Source of the DNA: Candidatus Dormiibacterota bacterium
GTDB lineage: Bacteria; Eisenbacteria; RBG-16-71-46; SZUA-252
Direction of reading: 5' to 3'
Assembly: GCA_035635575.1 (NCBI GenBank)
Contig: DASQAV010000131.1
Location: 9,860 to 73,859, forward strand
Length of the DNA: 64,000 nucleotides
Shown here piece after piece: positions 1 through 8,379 of this stretch; the first letter of the stretch is position 1, and each line of letters begins with the position of its first letter. The notes below the pieces were generated by a model. That model was not told the origin of the DNA, made no database searches, and was given only the letters and a program-made list of their open reading frames with translations. The translations under genes were made by a program, and so were the position numbers.

Positions 1-447
1 CTTGGCGCTCCCGTGGGCTCGGCCCTGGCGGGCTCGAGTGCCTTCATCCAGAAGGCGCGCGCCGCGCGAAAGGTATTTGGCGGCGGCATGCGGCAGGCGG
101 GCATCCTGGCGGCCGCGGCGCTTCACGGAGTGCGGCATCACCGGGAACGGCTCGTGGACGATCACCGGCGCGCGAGGAGGCTGGCCGAGGCGATCGCGGA
201 GATTCCCGGAATCCGCCTCGACCCCGAGAGCGTGCGCACGAACATCGTCATCGCGGACACCGGCGAGGACGAGGCACGAAGGGACGCGCTCCTGCGTGCC
301 ACGGCGGCCGAAGGCGTCCTCTTCGGGCCTGCCGCCGGAGGCCCGGGGAGGTTTCGCGCGGTCACGCACCTCGACGTGGACGATGCGGGGATCGAGCGCG
401 CGATCGCAGTGGTGCGAAGCGCGGCCCGATCGGTTCTCGTCGCGTGA
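1..447 (+). CDS. Low-specificity L-threonine aldolase, C-terminal fragment (5' end lies outside the window)
   Basis: The frame is open from position 1. The translation (…VTHLDVDDAGIERAIAVVRSA) resembles the C-terminus of PLP-dependent threonine aldolases of the LtaE/GLY1 family. The ORF track starts at an internal Met (13), but the reading frame continues upstream to the window edge. Confidence 0.55.
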   Translation, partial: LGAPVGSALAGSSAFIQKARAARKVFGGGMRQAGILAAAALHGVRHHRERLVDDHRRARRLAEAIAEIPGIRLDPESVRTNIVIADTGEDEARRDALLRATAAEGVLFGPAAGGPGRFRAVTHLDVDDAGIERAIAVVRSAARSVLVA

Positions 448-1160
448 GCGAGCCCAGCCCGGGAACGCTCTACCTGGTCGGAACGCCGATCGGCAACGTG
501 GAGGATCTCTCCCCGCGCGCGCAGCGGATCCTGGCCGAGGTGGATCTCATCGCCGCCGAGGACACGCGGCACACGCAGGGGCTCCTCTCGCGGTTCTCGA
601 TCCACCGGCCGCTCGTCTCTTACCACGATCACAACAAGGAGCGGCGCACGCCCGAGCTGGTCGAGAAGCTGCAGGCGGGGAGCTCCGTCGCCATCGTCTC
701 CGACGCGGGCTCGCCGGGGATCTCCGATCCCGCTTTCACGCTCGTGCGCGCCGCGGTCGACGCGGGCGTACCGGTCGTGCCCGTTCCGGGAGCGTCGAGC
801 GCCCTCTGCGCGCTCGAGGTTTCCGGCCTTCCCACCGACCGGTTCGCCTTCGAGGGATTCCTTCCGCGCCGCGCCGCGCGCCGCCGCGCCCGCATCGAGG
901 AGTTGCGCCGGGACCCGCGGACCCTCATCTTCTTCGAGTCGCCGCACCGGCTTCGAGAGAGCCTGCGCGATCTCGCGGAAGCCTGGGGAGAGCGGCCGGC
1001 GTCGATCTCGCGCGAGCTGACCAAGAAATTCGAAGAGACCCGCCGGGGCACGCTGCCTTCGCTCCTCCAGTGGGTAGAGGCAACGCCGCCGCGAGGCGAG
1101 TTCGTGCTGGTGGTGGGGGGCGCTCCGCGCGCCGCGGAAGACCAAGAGGAGGGTGATTGA
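444..1160 (+). CDS. rsmI: 16S rRNA (cytidine1402-2'-O)-methyltransferase RsmI
   Basis: GTG start overlaps the upstream stop. N-terminal LYLVGTPIGNVEDLSPRAQRIL…LIAAEDTRHT and the later SDAG(S)P motif are typical of the tetrapyrrole-methylase-fold RsmI family. Length is about 238 aa. Confidence 0.85.
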   Translation: MSEPSPGTLYLVGTPIGNVEDLSPRAQRILAEVDLIAAEDTRHTQGLLSRFSIHRPLVSYHDHNKERRTPELVEKLQAGSSVAIVSDAGSPGISDPAFTLVRAAVDAGVPVVPVPGASSALCALEVSGLPTDRFAFEGFLPRRAARRRARIEELRRDPRTLIFFESPHRLRESLRDLAEAWGERPASISRELTKKFEETRRGTLPSLLQWVEATPPRGEFVLVVGGAPRAAEDQEEGD

Positions 1161-1810
1161 ACGGGAACTGGAAGGAACAGGGGCGCGAGATCTTCCGGCC
1201 CATCGGGAAATATCTCGCGGCGCGGGGCGTCATGCCGGATCACCTGACGATCCTCGGCGTGGCCCTTTCGCTCCTCGCGGCGATGTTCCTGGGCCGCGGC
1301 TCCTTCTTCGTCGCGGGCCTCGTGCTCCCGCTGGCCGGGCTCTGCGACATCCTGGACGGTGACGTGGCGCGAGAGCGCGGGATCGTGAGCCCCTTCGGCG
1401 CCTTTCTCGATTCCACGCTGGACCGGGTCAGCGAGGGCGCCCTCTACGTCGGGCTCGCCTACTACTACTTCACGCGCAGCCAGACCGCGACCGTCTGGAT
1501 GCGCGGCACGTTCGAGGGAAGCGCCGAGTGGGGAGACGCCGACGGCGCGACGCTGGGAATTCTCGCGCTCGCGATCCTCATCCTCTCCTTCCTCGTGTCC
1601 TACACGCGTGCGCGCGCCGAGGGACTGGGCATGGAGTGCAAGGTGGGGATCATGGAGCGCCCCGAGCGGCTGCTCACGCTCGGTGTGGGCGCCCTTCTGG
1701 GCCACCGATTCATGCCCGGCGTGCTGGGCGTGCTCTTCATTTTGACGCTCGTCACGGTTCTGCAGCGCGTGTATCATGTCCGGAAGCTTACTCAGACGAA
1801 CTCCGCGTAA
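1157..1810 (+). CDS. CDP-alcohol phosphatidyltransferase (phosphatidylinositol-phosphate synthase-like, PgsA1-type)
   Basis: TTG start overlaps the rsmI stop (TTGA). It is a 217-aa multi-TM protein with the CDP-OH phosphotransferase signature D-x2-DG-x2-AR…G…D-x3-D (LCDILDGDVARERG…FLDSTLDRVSEG). The size matches mycobacterial PIP synthase. It sits immediately upstream of the inositol-phosphate synthase. Confidence 0.7.
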   Translation: MNGNWKEQGREIFRPIGKYLAARGVMPDHLTILGVALSLLAAMFLGRGSFFVAGLVLPLAGLCDILDGDVARERGIVSPFGAFLDSTLDRVSEGALYVGLAYYYFTRSQTATVWMRGTFEGSAEWGDADGATLGILALAILILSFLVSYTRARAEGLGMECKVGIMERPERLLTLGVGALLGHRFMPGVLGVLFILTLVTVLQRVYHVRKLTQTNSA

Positions 1811-1889
1811 CGTTTGTCGGGGCACGCCTTAGCTTGGGTCGCGCCCGGATCCTCGAAGCCGTGCCCGTAACATCGGAGGATGGAACCTC

Positions 1890-3059
1890 ATGGGGAAGAT
1901 TCGCGTCGGCATCATCGGCGTAGGGAACTGCGCCTCATCGTTCGTTCAGGGCGTTCACTACTACCGGAATGCCAAGGACTCGGATTTCGTGCCCGGTCTC
2001 ATGCACGTGAACCTGGGCGGATATCACGTGCGCGACATCGAGTTCAGCGCCGCGATCGACATCGACAAGAACAAGGTCGGGAAGGATCTCTCCGAGGCCA
2101 TCTTCACGTGGCCGAACAACACCTACAAGTTCAGCGACGTGCCGCGCCAGGGCGTTCCCGTGGCGCGCGGCATGACGCACGACGGGCTGGGGCAGTACCT
2201 CTCCAAGATCATCCACAAGGCGCCGGGCTCCACCGCGGACATCGTGCGCCTCTTGAAAGACACGAAGACCGACGTGGTCATCAACTACCTGCCGGTGGGC
2301 AGCGAAGAGGCCACGAAGTGGTACGTGGAGCAGATCCTCGAGGCGGGCTGCGCGTTCGTGAACGCCATCCCGGTCTTCATCGCGCGCGAGAAGTACTGGC
2401 AGCGCCGGTTCGAGCAGAAGAAGCTCCCGGTGATCGGCGACGACATCAAGTCGCAGGTGGGCGCCACCATCATGCACCGCGTGCTGGCGCGCCTCTTCCT
2501 GGAGCGCGGCGTGCGGCTGGAGCGGACGAGCCAGCTCAACGTGGGCGGAAACACCGACTTCCTGAACATGCTCGAGCGGTCGCGGCTGGAGTCGAAGAAG
2601 ATCTCCAAGACGAACGCGGTCACCTCGATGCTCACCTACGACATCGGCGAGAAGAACGTCCACATCGGCCCGAGCGACTACGTCGAGTGGCTGGACGACC
2701 GCAAGTGGGCCTACATCCGCCTCGAGGGCCGCACGTTCGGGGACGTTCCGCTCAACGTCGAGCTGAAGCTCGAGGTCTGGGACTCGCCGAACTCGGCGGG
2801 CGTGATCATCGACGCGGTCCGCTGCGCGAAGCTTGCGCTGGACAACGGCCTCTCCGGGGCGCTCATCGGGCCCTCCGCCTACTTCAAGAAATCTCCTCCC
2901 GTCCAGTATCCGGACGACGTGGCCCGGCGGATGGTGGAAGAGTTCATCGAGAAGTACGGCCAGAAGAGGAAGGCGGCGCAGAAGCCCGCGCTCCTGAAGC
3001 GGCCGCGGGCCAAGGCCACGCGCGGCGGCATGAAGAAGGCCGCGCGGAAGAGCGTCTAG
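1890..3059 (+). CDS. ino1: myo-Inositol-1-phosphate synthase (inositol-3-phosphate synthase)
   Basis: 389 aa with an N-terminal Rossmann motif [18 protein letters not shown] and the central conserved block of the bacterial/archaeal MIPS family (…[11 protein letters not shown]…[12 protein letters not shown]…). A Lys-rich C-terminal tail is present. Confidence 0.85.
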   Translation: MGKIRVGIIGVGNCASSFVQGVHYYRNAKDSDFVPGLMHVNLGGYHVRDIEFSAAIDIDKNKVGKDLSEAIFTWPNNTYKFSDVPRQGVPVARGMTHDGLGQYLSKIIHKAPGSTADIVRLLKDTKTDVVINYLPVGSEEATKWYVEQILEAGCAFVNAIPVFIAREKYWQRRFEQKKLPVIGDDIKSQVGATIMHRVLARLFLERGVRLERTSQLNVGGNTDFLNMLERSRLESKKISKTNAVTSMLTYDIGEKNVHIGPSDYVEWLDDRKWAYIRLEGRTFGDVPLNVELKLEVWDSPNSAGVIIDAVRCAKLALDNGLSGALIGPSAYFKKSPPVQYPDDVARRMVEEFIEKYGQKRKAAQKPALLKRPRAKATRGGMKKAARKSV

Positions 3060-3075
3060 TCCGCCTCGCCCGCCC

Positions 3076-3726
3076 GTGACGGGACTCCTGATCACCCTGG
3101 AGGGGATCGAGGGGTCCGGCAAATCGACCCAGGCCTCTCTCCTTCACAAGGCTCTCAAAACTCGGCAAATTCCGGTATGCTTGACACGCGAGCCGGGCGG
3201 CTCCCCCATCGCGGAGCGTATCCGCGAGCTGATCTTGCACTCGGGGGATGAGCCCTTGGCTCCCGGGGGGGAATTGCTCCTGTTTCTGGCCGCGCGCGCT
3301 CAAAACGTGGCGCAGACCATCCGTCCCGCCCTCGGCCGCGGCGAAGTCGTTATCTGCGACCGATTCACGGACGCTACCCTGGCGTATCAGGGGGGTGGAC
3401 GGACGATTCCAGAGACATTCCTGACCTCGCTCAACGACTGGGCCACGGGGGGGCTGAAGCCCGCCCGGACCTACCTGCTCGACATCGCGGTAGCCGAGGG
3501 GCTGGAGCGGGCGAGACACCGGCTCGGGGCAAGACCGGACCGGTTCGATCGTGAGAGCCAAGCCTTTTTCGAGGCCGTGCGCGCCCGTTACTTGGAGCTC
3601 GCGCGGCGGGAGCCGGAACGAATTGTGGTGCTACGGGGTACGGATCCAGAGACAAGTCTCGCGCATCAAATCGAGACAGACGTGCAACGGATTCTGAGCG
3701 GCTGGACACCCAAGGTACAGAGGTAA
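3076..3726 (+). CDS. tmk: Thymidylate kinase
   Basis: GTG start. P-loop LEGIEGSGKSTQ, the DRF/TDATLAYQG motif and the LID region match the Tmk family. 216 aa. Confidence 0.85.
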   Translation: MTGLLITLEGIEGSGKSTQASLLHKALKTRQIPVCLTREPGGSPIAERIRELILHSGDEPLAPGGELLLFLAARAQNVAQTIRPALGRGEVVICDRFTDATLAYQGGGRTIPETFLTSLNDWATGGLKPARTYLLDIAVAEGLERARHRLGARPDRFDRESQAFFEAVRARYLELARREPERIVVLRGTDPETSLAHQIETDVQRILSGWTPKVQR

Positions 3727-3733
3727 CCACTCC

Positions 3734-5371
3734 ATGAATCGAAGGCAGATTTTCGCGGTTTGCGTCCTCGTGGTCGCCCTGATCGCGGGTACGTGGGCGG
3801 TCGCTCGAGTGCAGGAATCGAACGACAACACGTATTCCAATATCGAACGGTTCATCCAGGTCCTGACGAAGGTCCGCGACAACTACGTCGAGCCCGTCAG
3901 CAGCGACAAGCTGATGGACGCGGCGATCCGCGGCATGCTCCGGACGCTGGACCCCTACTCGCAGTACCTCGACAAGGACGAGGCGGAGCGCCTCGAGACC
4001 ACGACGCACGGCGCCTTCGGCGGAATCGGCATCTCGATCGGGATGCGCGACCGCTGGGTCACCGTGATCGCCCCCATCGAGGGCACCCCGGCCTGGAAGG
4101 CGGGGATCCTGGGCGGCGACCGGATCATCAAGATCGACGACACCTCCACGGAAGGGCTCTCGCTGGACGACGCGATGAAGAAGATGCGCGGCGAGCGCGG
4201 CACGAAGGTCAAGCTGACCATCTACCGCGAAGGGCGTGAGAAGCCGATGGAGTTCGACATCACGCGCGACATCATCCAGATCAAGAGCGTTCCCTACGCC
4301 GGCATGCTGTCGAACGGCGTCGGGTACGTGCGCCTCTCGAATTTCTCGGAGCGCAGCCGCCAGGAGATGGACCAGGCCTTCGACAAGCTCGAGAAGATGA
4401 ATCCGCACGGAGTGATCATCGATCTCCGCTACAACCCGGGGGGTCTGCTCTCCCAGGCCGTGGAAGTGGCCGAGGAGTTCACGCCGCGCGGGAAGAAGGT
4501 CGTGTATACCCGCGGCCGCGATTCCTCGCAGAACCGCGACTTCTACTCGACCGCGGAGCACACGCACGACAGCTACCCGATCGTGATCCTCGTGAACCAG
4601 TGGACCGCTTCGGCCTCCGAGATCGTCTCGGGCGCCCTGCAAGATCTCGATCTGGGGCTGGTCGTCGGCAAGACGACGTTCGGAAAGGGGCTGGTGCAGA
4701 CGGTGATCCCGCTCACGCGCAGCGTGAAGGGCCCCAAGCTCAAGCTCACGACGGCGAAGTACTACACGCCGAGCGGCCGCTGCATCCAGAAGGACGAGCA
4801 ATTGAAAGACGGCGCCCTTGCCGAAGACGATTCCGATGATTCCGACACCAAGCCCCAGGACTCCGCCGCGGACTCGAAGAAGCCGAAGCCGGAATACCGC
4901 ACCGAGATGGGGCGGGTGGTCTACGGCGGGGGCGGCATCACGCCCGACATCGAGCTCGTGGAGGTGAAGCTTCCGCGCGTGATCGAGGACCTGGAGCAGA
5001 AGCAGGTCTTCTTCAAGTACGCGGTCAAGTACGCGTCCAAGCATCGCGATCCGCCGTCCACCTACGCCCTCACGCCCGGGATCCGGGATGAGTTCATGCA
5101 GCTCCTGCGCGACGAGAAGGTGGAGTTCAACCCCGACTCGCTGGCGGACGCCCGCAAGTGGGTGGACAGCGGTCTCCGGCGCGAGCTGGGCCGCCGCTAT
5201 GGCGGTGAGGAAGAGGCCTACCGGATCGCGCTCGAGGACGACGACCAGGTGAAGTCGGCCGCGGCGCTCTTCGACAAGGCTCCGACGCTTCCGAAGCTCC
5301 TGGCGCTCGCCTCCGAGATGAGCAAGGGCAAGCTACAGACGAATCTCCTGAACAACAAGCCGGTCCGCTAG
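3734..5371 (+). CDS. ctpA: Carboxy-terminal processing protease (S41 family, PDZ-containing)
   Basis: Signal/anchor N-terminus. PDZ segment (GGIGISIG…GTPAWKAGILGGDRIIKID) is followed by S41 catalytic motifs (IDLRYNPGG… and …NQWTASASEIVSGALQD… with the Ser/Lys dyad). 545 aa with an acidic insert. Confidence 0.85.
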   Translation: MNRRQIFAVCVLVVALIAGTWAVARVQESNDNTYSNIERFIQVLTKVRDNYVEPVSSDKLMDAAIRGMLRTLDPYSQYLDKDEAERLETTTHGAFGGIGISIGMRDRWVTVIAPIEGTPAWKAGILGGDRIIKIDDTSTEGLSLDDAMKKMRGERGTKVKLTIYREGREKPMEFDITRDIIQIKSVPYAGMLSNGVGYVRLSNFSERSRQEMDQAFDKLEKMNPHGVIIDLRYNPGGLLSQAVEVAEEFTPRGKKVVYTRGRDSSQNRDFYSTAEHTHDSYPIVILVNQWTASASEIVSGALQDLDLGLVVGKTTFGKGLVQTVIPLTRSVKGPKLKLTTAKYYTPSGRCIQKDEQLKDGALAEDDSDDSDTKPQDSAADSKKPKPEYRTEMGRVVYGGGGITPDIELVEVKLPRVIEDLEQKQVFFKYAVKYASKHRDPPSTYALTPGIRDEFMQLLRDEKVEFNPDSLADARKWVDSGLRRELGRRYGGEEEAYRIALEDDDQVKSAAALFDKAPTLPKLLALASEMSKGKLQTNLLNNKPVR

Positions 5372-5376
5372 GAGCG

Positions 5377-6432
5377 ATGCGTGCCGGGCCGGTCGAGCTT
5401 CCTGGGAATGTCCTTCTTTCGCCGCTCTGCGGCGTGACCGATTCGCCGTTCCGCCGCATCGCGCGGCGGAACGGCGCTGCCATGGTCTTCTGCGAGATGA
5501 CCTCGTCGGATGGCCTGGTGCGCAAGAACCCCAAGACCTTCGAGCTTCTGGAATACCGCCCCGAGGAGCGCCCCATCGGGGCCCAGCTCTGCGGCTCCGA
5601 TCCCGCCGTCATGGCGGAGGCGGCGCGCATATGCGAAGGGCTGGGCTTCGACACCCTCGATCTGAATTACGGCTGTCCGGTCCGCAAGGTCATCGCGCGT
5701 GAGGCCGGCGCCGCCATGCTCACCGATCTCGAGCGTCTGGAGCGCGTCACCGCCGCGGTGGTGAACGCGGTTCAGCTCCCCGTGACGGCCAAGATCCGGA
5801 TGGGCTGGGACAAGACGAACACCAACGCTCCCGAGGTCGCCAAGGTGCTCGAGCGCTCGGGCGTGAGGTGGGTCACGGTGCACGCACGCGCCCGCTCCGA
5901 GAAGTTCACCGGACAGGCGCACTGGGAAGTGATCGCCGAGGTGAAGGCCAACACGACGCTTCCCGTGATCGGAAACGGCGACGTGAAGACCCCCGAGGAT
6001 GCGCTCCGGATGATCCAGGAGACGGGCTGCGACGGCGTGATGGTGGGCCGGGGCTCGTTCGGAAATCCCTGGCTCTTCGCGCGCGCGCACCGCCTCCTGA
6101 ACGGAGACGATCCGGGCCCCGAACCCACGCCGCGAGAGCGCATCGCGACCGCGATCGGCCATCTCCACGATCTCGCGGAGAAGAAGGGGGACTATGCCGC
6201 GACGCTCATGCGGAAGCACGTTGCCTGGTACGTCCGAGGCCTCTACGACAATTCCAGCCTCTGCCGCGAGGTGAACCATGCCGCAACGCCGGCCGAGGTG
6301 GAGTCCCTTCTCCTGAACTACCTGGAACGAATCGAGAGCGCTCCCGAGCCCCAGATCCCAGAGCCCGATTCGCCGGACGCCGGGTGGAACGGCGGGGGCG
6401 TGGACGCTCATGGATCCTGCGCGGCTTCGTAA
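5377..6432 (+). CDS. dus: tRNA-dihydrouridine synthase (DusB-like)
   Basis: TIM-barrel Dus motifs are present: LSPLCGVTDSPFRRI, DLNYGCPVRKV, the conserved K and H, and C-terminal helical-domain residues. About 351 aa. Confidence 0.8.
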   Translation: MRAGPVELPGNVLLSPLCGVTDSPFRRIARRNGAAMVFCEMTSSDGLVRKNPKTFELLEYRPEERPIGAQLCGSDPAVMAEAARICEGLGFDTLDLNYGCPVRKVIAREAGAAMLTDLERLERVTAAVVNAVQLPVTAKIRMGWDKTNTNAPEVAKVLERSGVRWVTVHARARSEKFTGQAHWEVIAEVKANTTLPVIGNGDVKTPEDALRMIQETGCDGVMVGRGSFGNPWLFARAHRLLNGDDPGPEPTPRERIATAIGHLHDLAEKKGDYAATLMRKHVAWYVRGLYDNSSLCREVNHAATPAEVESLLLNYLERIESAPEPQIPEPDSPDAGWNGGGVDAHGSCAAS

Positions 6433-7201
6433 GCTTCTCACCGGAGTACGGCGCGGACGCATCACCACGAGCCAGGCGCTCGAGGCGATCGCCCATCTTC
6501 CCTTCGAATCCATCGGCGCGGGAACCGTGGACCACCATCGCGGCATTCGCCAAGCGCTCCCCGAAGTGATCCTCTGCCAGGGAAAGACCAAAGCGCAGTG
6601 TGTCTCGATCGCGCGCTCCATCGTGTCGCGGAGCGGGCGCCTGCTCGCCACCCGTGCCAGCGAGGAGCAGGCCCGCGCCCTGATGGAGGCGTTCGAGGGC
6701 GAGGCGCGATGGAACGAGGCCGCCCGGACCGTGACGGTGGAGCGCGCTCGCCGGAATGGATCCCGGTCGCGCCGTTCCCGGCGCACGGGACATGTGCTCG
6801 TCGTGAGCGCCGGGACCTCGGATCTTCCCGTGGCGGAGGAAGCCGCGGTGACCCTCGATTTCATGGGCGTGCCCGTGGACCGGGTGTACGATGCGGGCGT
6901 TGCCGGGATCCACCGCCTGCTGAAGCACGTCAAGGCGCTCCGTCAGGCCACCGCCATCGTCGTGGTGGCCGGGATGGAAGGGGCGCTCGCGAGCGTGGTC
7001 GGCGGCATCACCGACCGGCCGGTGATCGCGGTGCCCACCAGCGCGGGCTACGGCGCTTCCTTCGGCGGCCTGGCGGCGCTCCTCGCGATGCTCAATTCCT
7101 GCGCCGCGGGGGTCACCGTGGTGAACATCGACAACGGCTTCGGCGCGGGATACGCGGCGGGTGTGATCGCGCTTCGTTCCCGTTCGGGAGGCAGGTCGTG
7201 A
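6410..7201 (+). CDS. larB: Nickel-pincer cofactor biosynthesis protein LarB (PurE-like P2CMN synthase)
   Basis: An N-terminal LarB-specific domain is followed by the PurE-like fold (HVLVVSAGTSDLPVAEEA…GVAGIHRLL…VVVAGMEGALASVVGG…IAVPTSAGYG). Its start overlaps the end of dus, and its stop overlaps the larC start. Confidence 0.7.
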   Translation: MDPARLRKLLTGVRRGRITTSQALEAIAHLPFESIGAGTVDHHRGIRQALPEVILCQGKTKAQCVSIARSIVSRSGRLLATRASEEQARALMEAFEGEARWNEAARTVTVERARRNGSRSRRSRRTGHVLVVSAGTSDLPVAEEAAVTLDFMGVPVDRVYDAGVAGIHRLLKHVKALRQATAIVVVAGMEGALASVVGGITDRPVIAVPTSAGYGASFGGLAALLAMLNSCAAGVTVVNIDNGFGAGYAAGVIALRSRSGGRS

Positions 7202-8379
7202 GCATCGTCTATTTCGACTGCGTCGGCGGCGCGAGCGGCGACATGATCCTGGGCTCCCTGGTCGCGGCCGGCGCTCCGCTCCCCGAGATCGAGCGGAATC
7301 TCCGCGCCCTGCCGCTCCCGGGAATCGCCCTCTCGTCCACGGTCGTGAAGCGCCACGGCTTCGACGCCCTGCTCTTACAGGTAAGCACCGAGGAGACCAA
7401 GGCGCACCGCCACTACACGGAGATCCGCCGCATGCTGGAGGGAGGGGCGCTTCCTCCGCGCGTGCTGCGCCGCTCGCTCGCCGCCTTCGATCTCCTGGGC
7501 CGGTGCGAGGCCGAGGTGCACGGCACCTCGCTCGAGAAGGTCCACTTCCACGAGGTGGGAGCTCTGGACTCGATCGTGGACATCGTGGGCACGGCATGGG
7601 CGCTCGAGATCCTGAACGTGGAGCGCTGTCACGCTTCCGTGATCCCCCAGGGACGCGGCTTCGTGAAGGCGGCCCATGGTACGCTGCCCATCCCGGCGCC
7701 CGCGACGGTTCGAATCTTAGAGGGGGTTCCCGTGCGCATGACCGAGATCGAGGCGGAGCTGACCACGCCCACGGGCGCCGTGCTCCTGCGCACGCTGTGC
7801 GACACGATCGGCGAGCCGATCGGGATCCGGCCCCGCCGCACCGGCGTCGCGACTGGAACGATGGACTTCGCCGAGCGCCCGAACCTCATGCGCGCCATGC
7901 TGGGCGAGCCCCTGGGCGCTCAGGATCGAGGCTCGGTGGAGGTGTTCGAGACGACGATCGACGACATGAATCCCCAGCTCTACGGGCACCTCACGGAAAG
8001 CCTCTTCCTGAGCGGCGCGCGGGAGGTGTACCTGACGCCGGTCCAGATGAAGAAGGGGCGCCCGGGAGTGCTGGTGACGGCGATCTGCGACTCGGGCAAG
8101 GCCCACGCCGTGCTGGAGCGGCTCTTCAAGGAATCGACCACGATCGGCGTGCGGGTGCGTCACGAAGGACGCGTGGAGCTGGCGCGCTCGGTCGCCGAGG
8201 TGCAGACACCGCTCGGGATGATCCGAGTGAAGACCGCCATCCTGCCCACGGGCGAGGAGCGGCGCGTGCCCGAGTACGAGGACGTGAAGCGGATCGCACA
8301 ATCTCTCGGGCGCCCTTTGGTCGAAGTCATGGACGAGGTCCGCTCCTTCCTCCACGAGAGCGCGCGGACCACCGTGTAG
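7198..8379 (+). CDS. larC: Nickel insertion protein LarC (DUF111 family)
   Basis: GTG start at 7198 overlaps the larB stop. The N-terminus SIVYFDCVGGASGDMILGSL is the hallmark of the LarC/DUF111 family. The ORF track gives a longer 5'-extended ORF (6598) that overlaps larB; I prefer the 7198 start. Confidence 0.7.
   Translation: MSIVYFDCVGGASGDMILGSLVAAGAPLPEIERNLRALPLPGIALSSTVVKRHGFDALLLQVSTEETKAHRHYTEIRRMLEGGALPPRVLRRSLAAFDLLGRCEAEVHGTSLEKVHFHEVGALDSIVDIVGTAWALEILNVERCHASVIPQGRGFVKAAHGTLPIPAPATVRILEGVPVRMTEIEAELTTPTGAVLLRTLCDTIGEPIGIRPRRTGVATGTMDFAERPNLMRAMLGEPLGAQDRGSVEVFETTIDDMNPQLYGHLTESLFLSGAREVYLTPVQMKKGRPGVLVTAICDSGKAHAVLERLFKESTTIGVRVRHEGRVELARSVAEVQTPLGMIRVKTAILPTGEERRVPEYEDVKRIAQSLGRPLVEVMDEVRSFLHESARTTV

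Noticed and set aside
7709-7720. GGTTCGAATC, a tRNA T-loop-like motif
   Set aside because: It lies inside the continuous LarC reading frame (…PATVRILEGVP…) with no surrounding cloverleaf or acceptor-stem complementarity. Chance match.
7503-8378. 5' two-thirds of the tracked 871-aa ORF 7503-10118 (and similarly 6598-7197, 22883-23263, 23803-24072, 24618-25028, 25472-25753, 30418-32106, 35272-36114, 36480-37205, 55193-55828, 60055-61212)
   Set aside because: These upstream extensions overlap the preceding, well-supported gene in another frame and are R/G/P-rich. The real genes start at internal ATG/GTG codons that coincide with the upstream stop.
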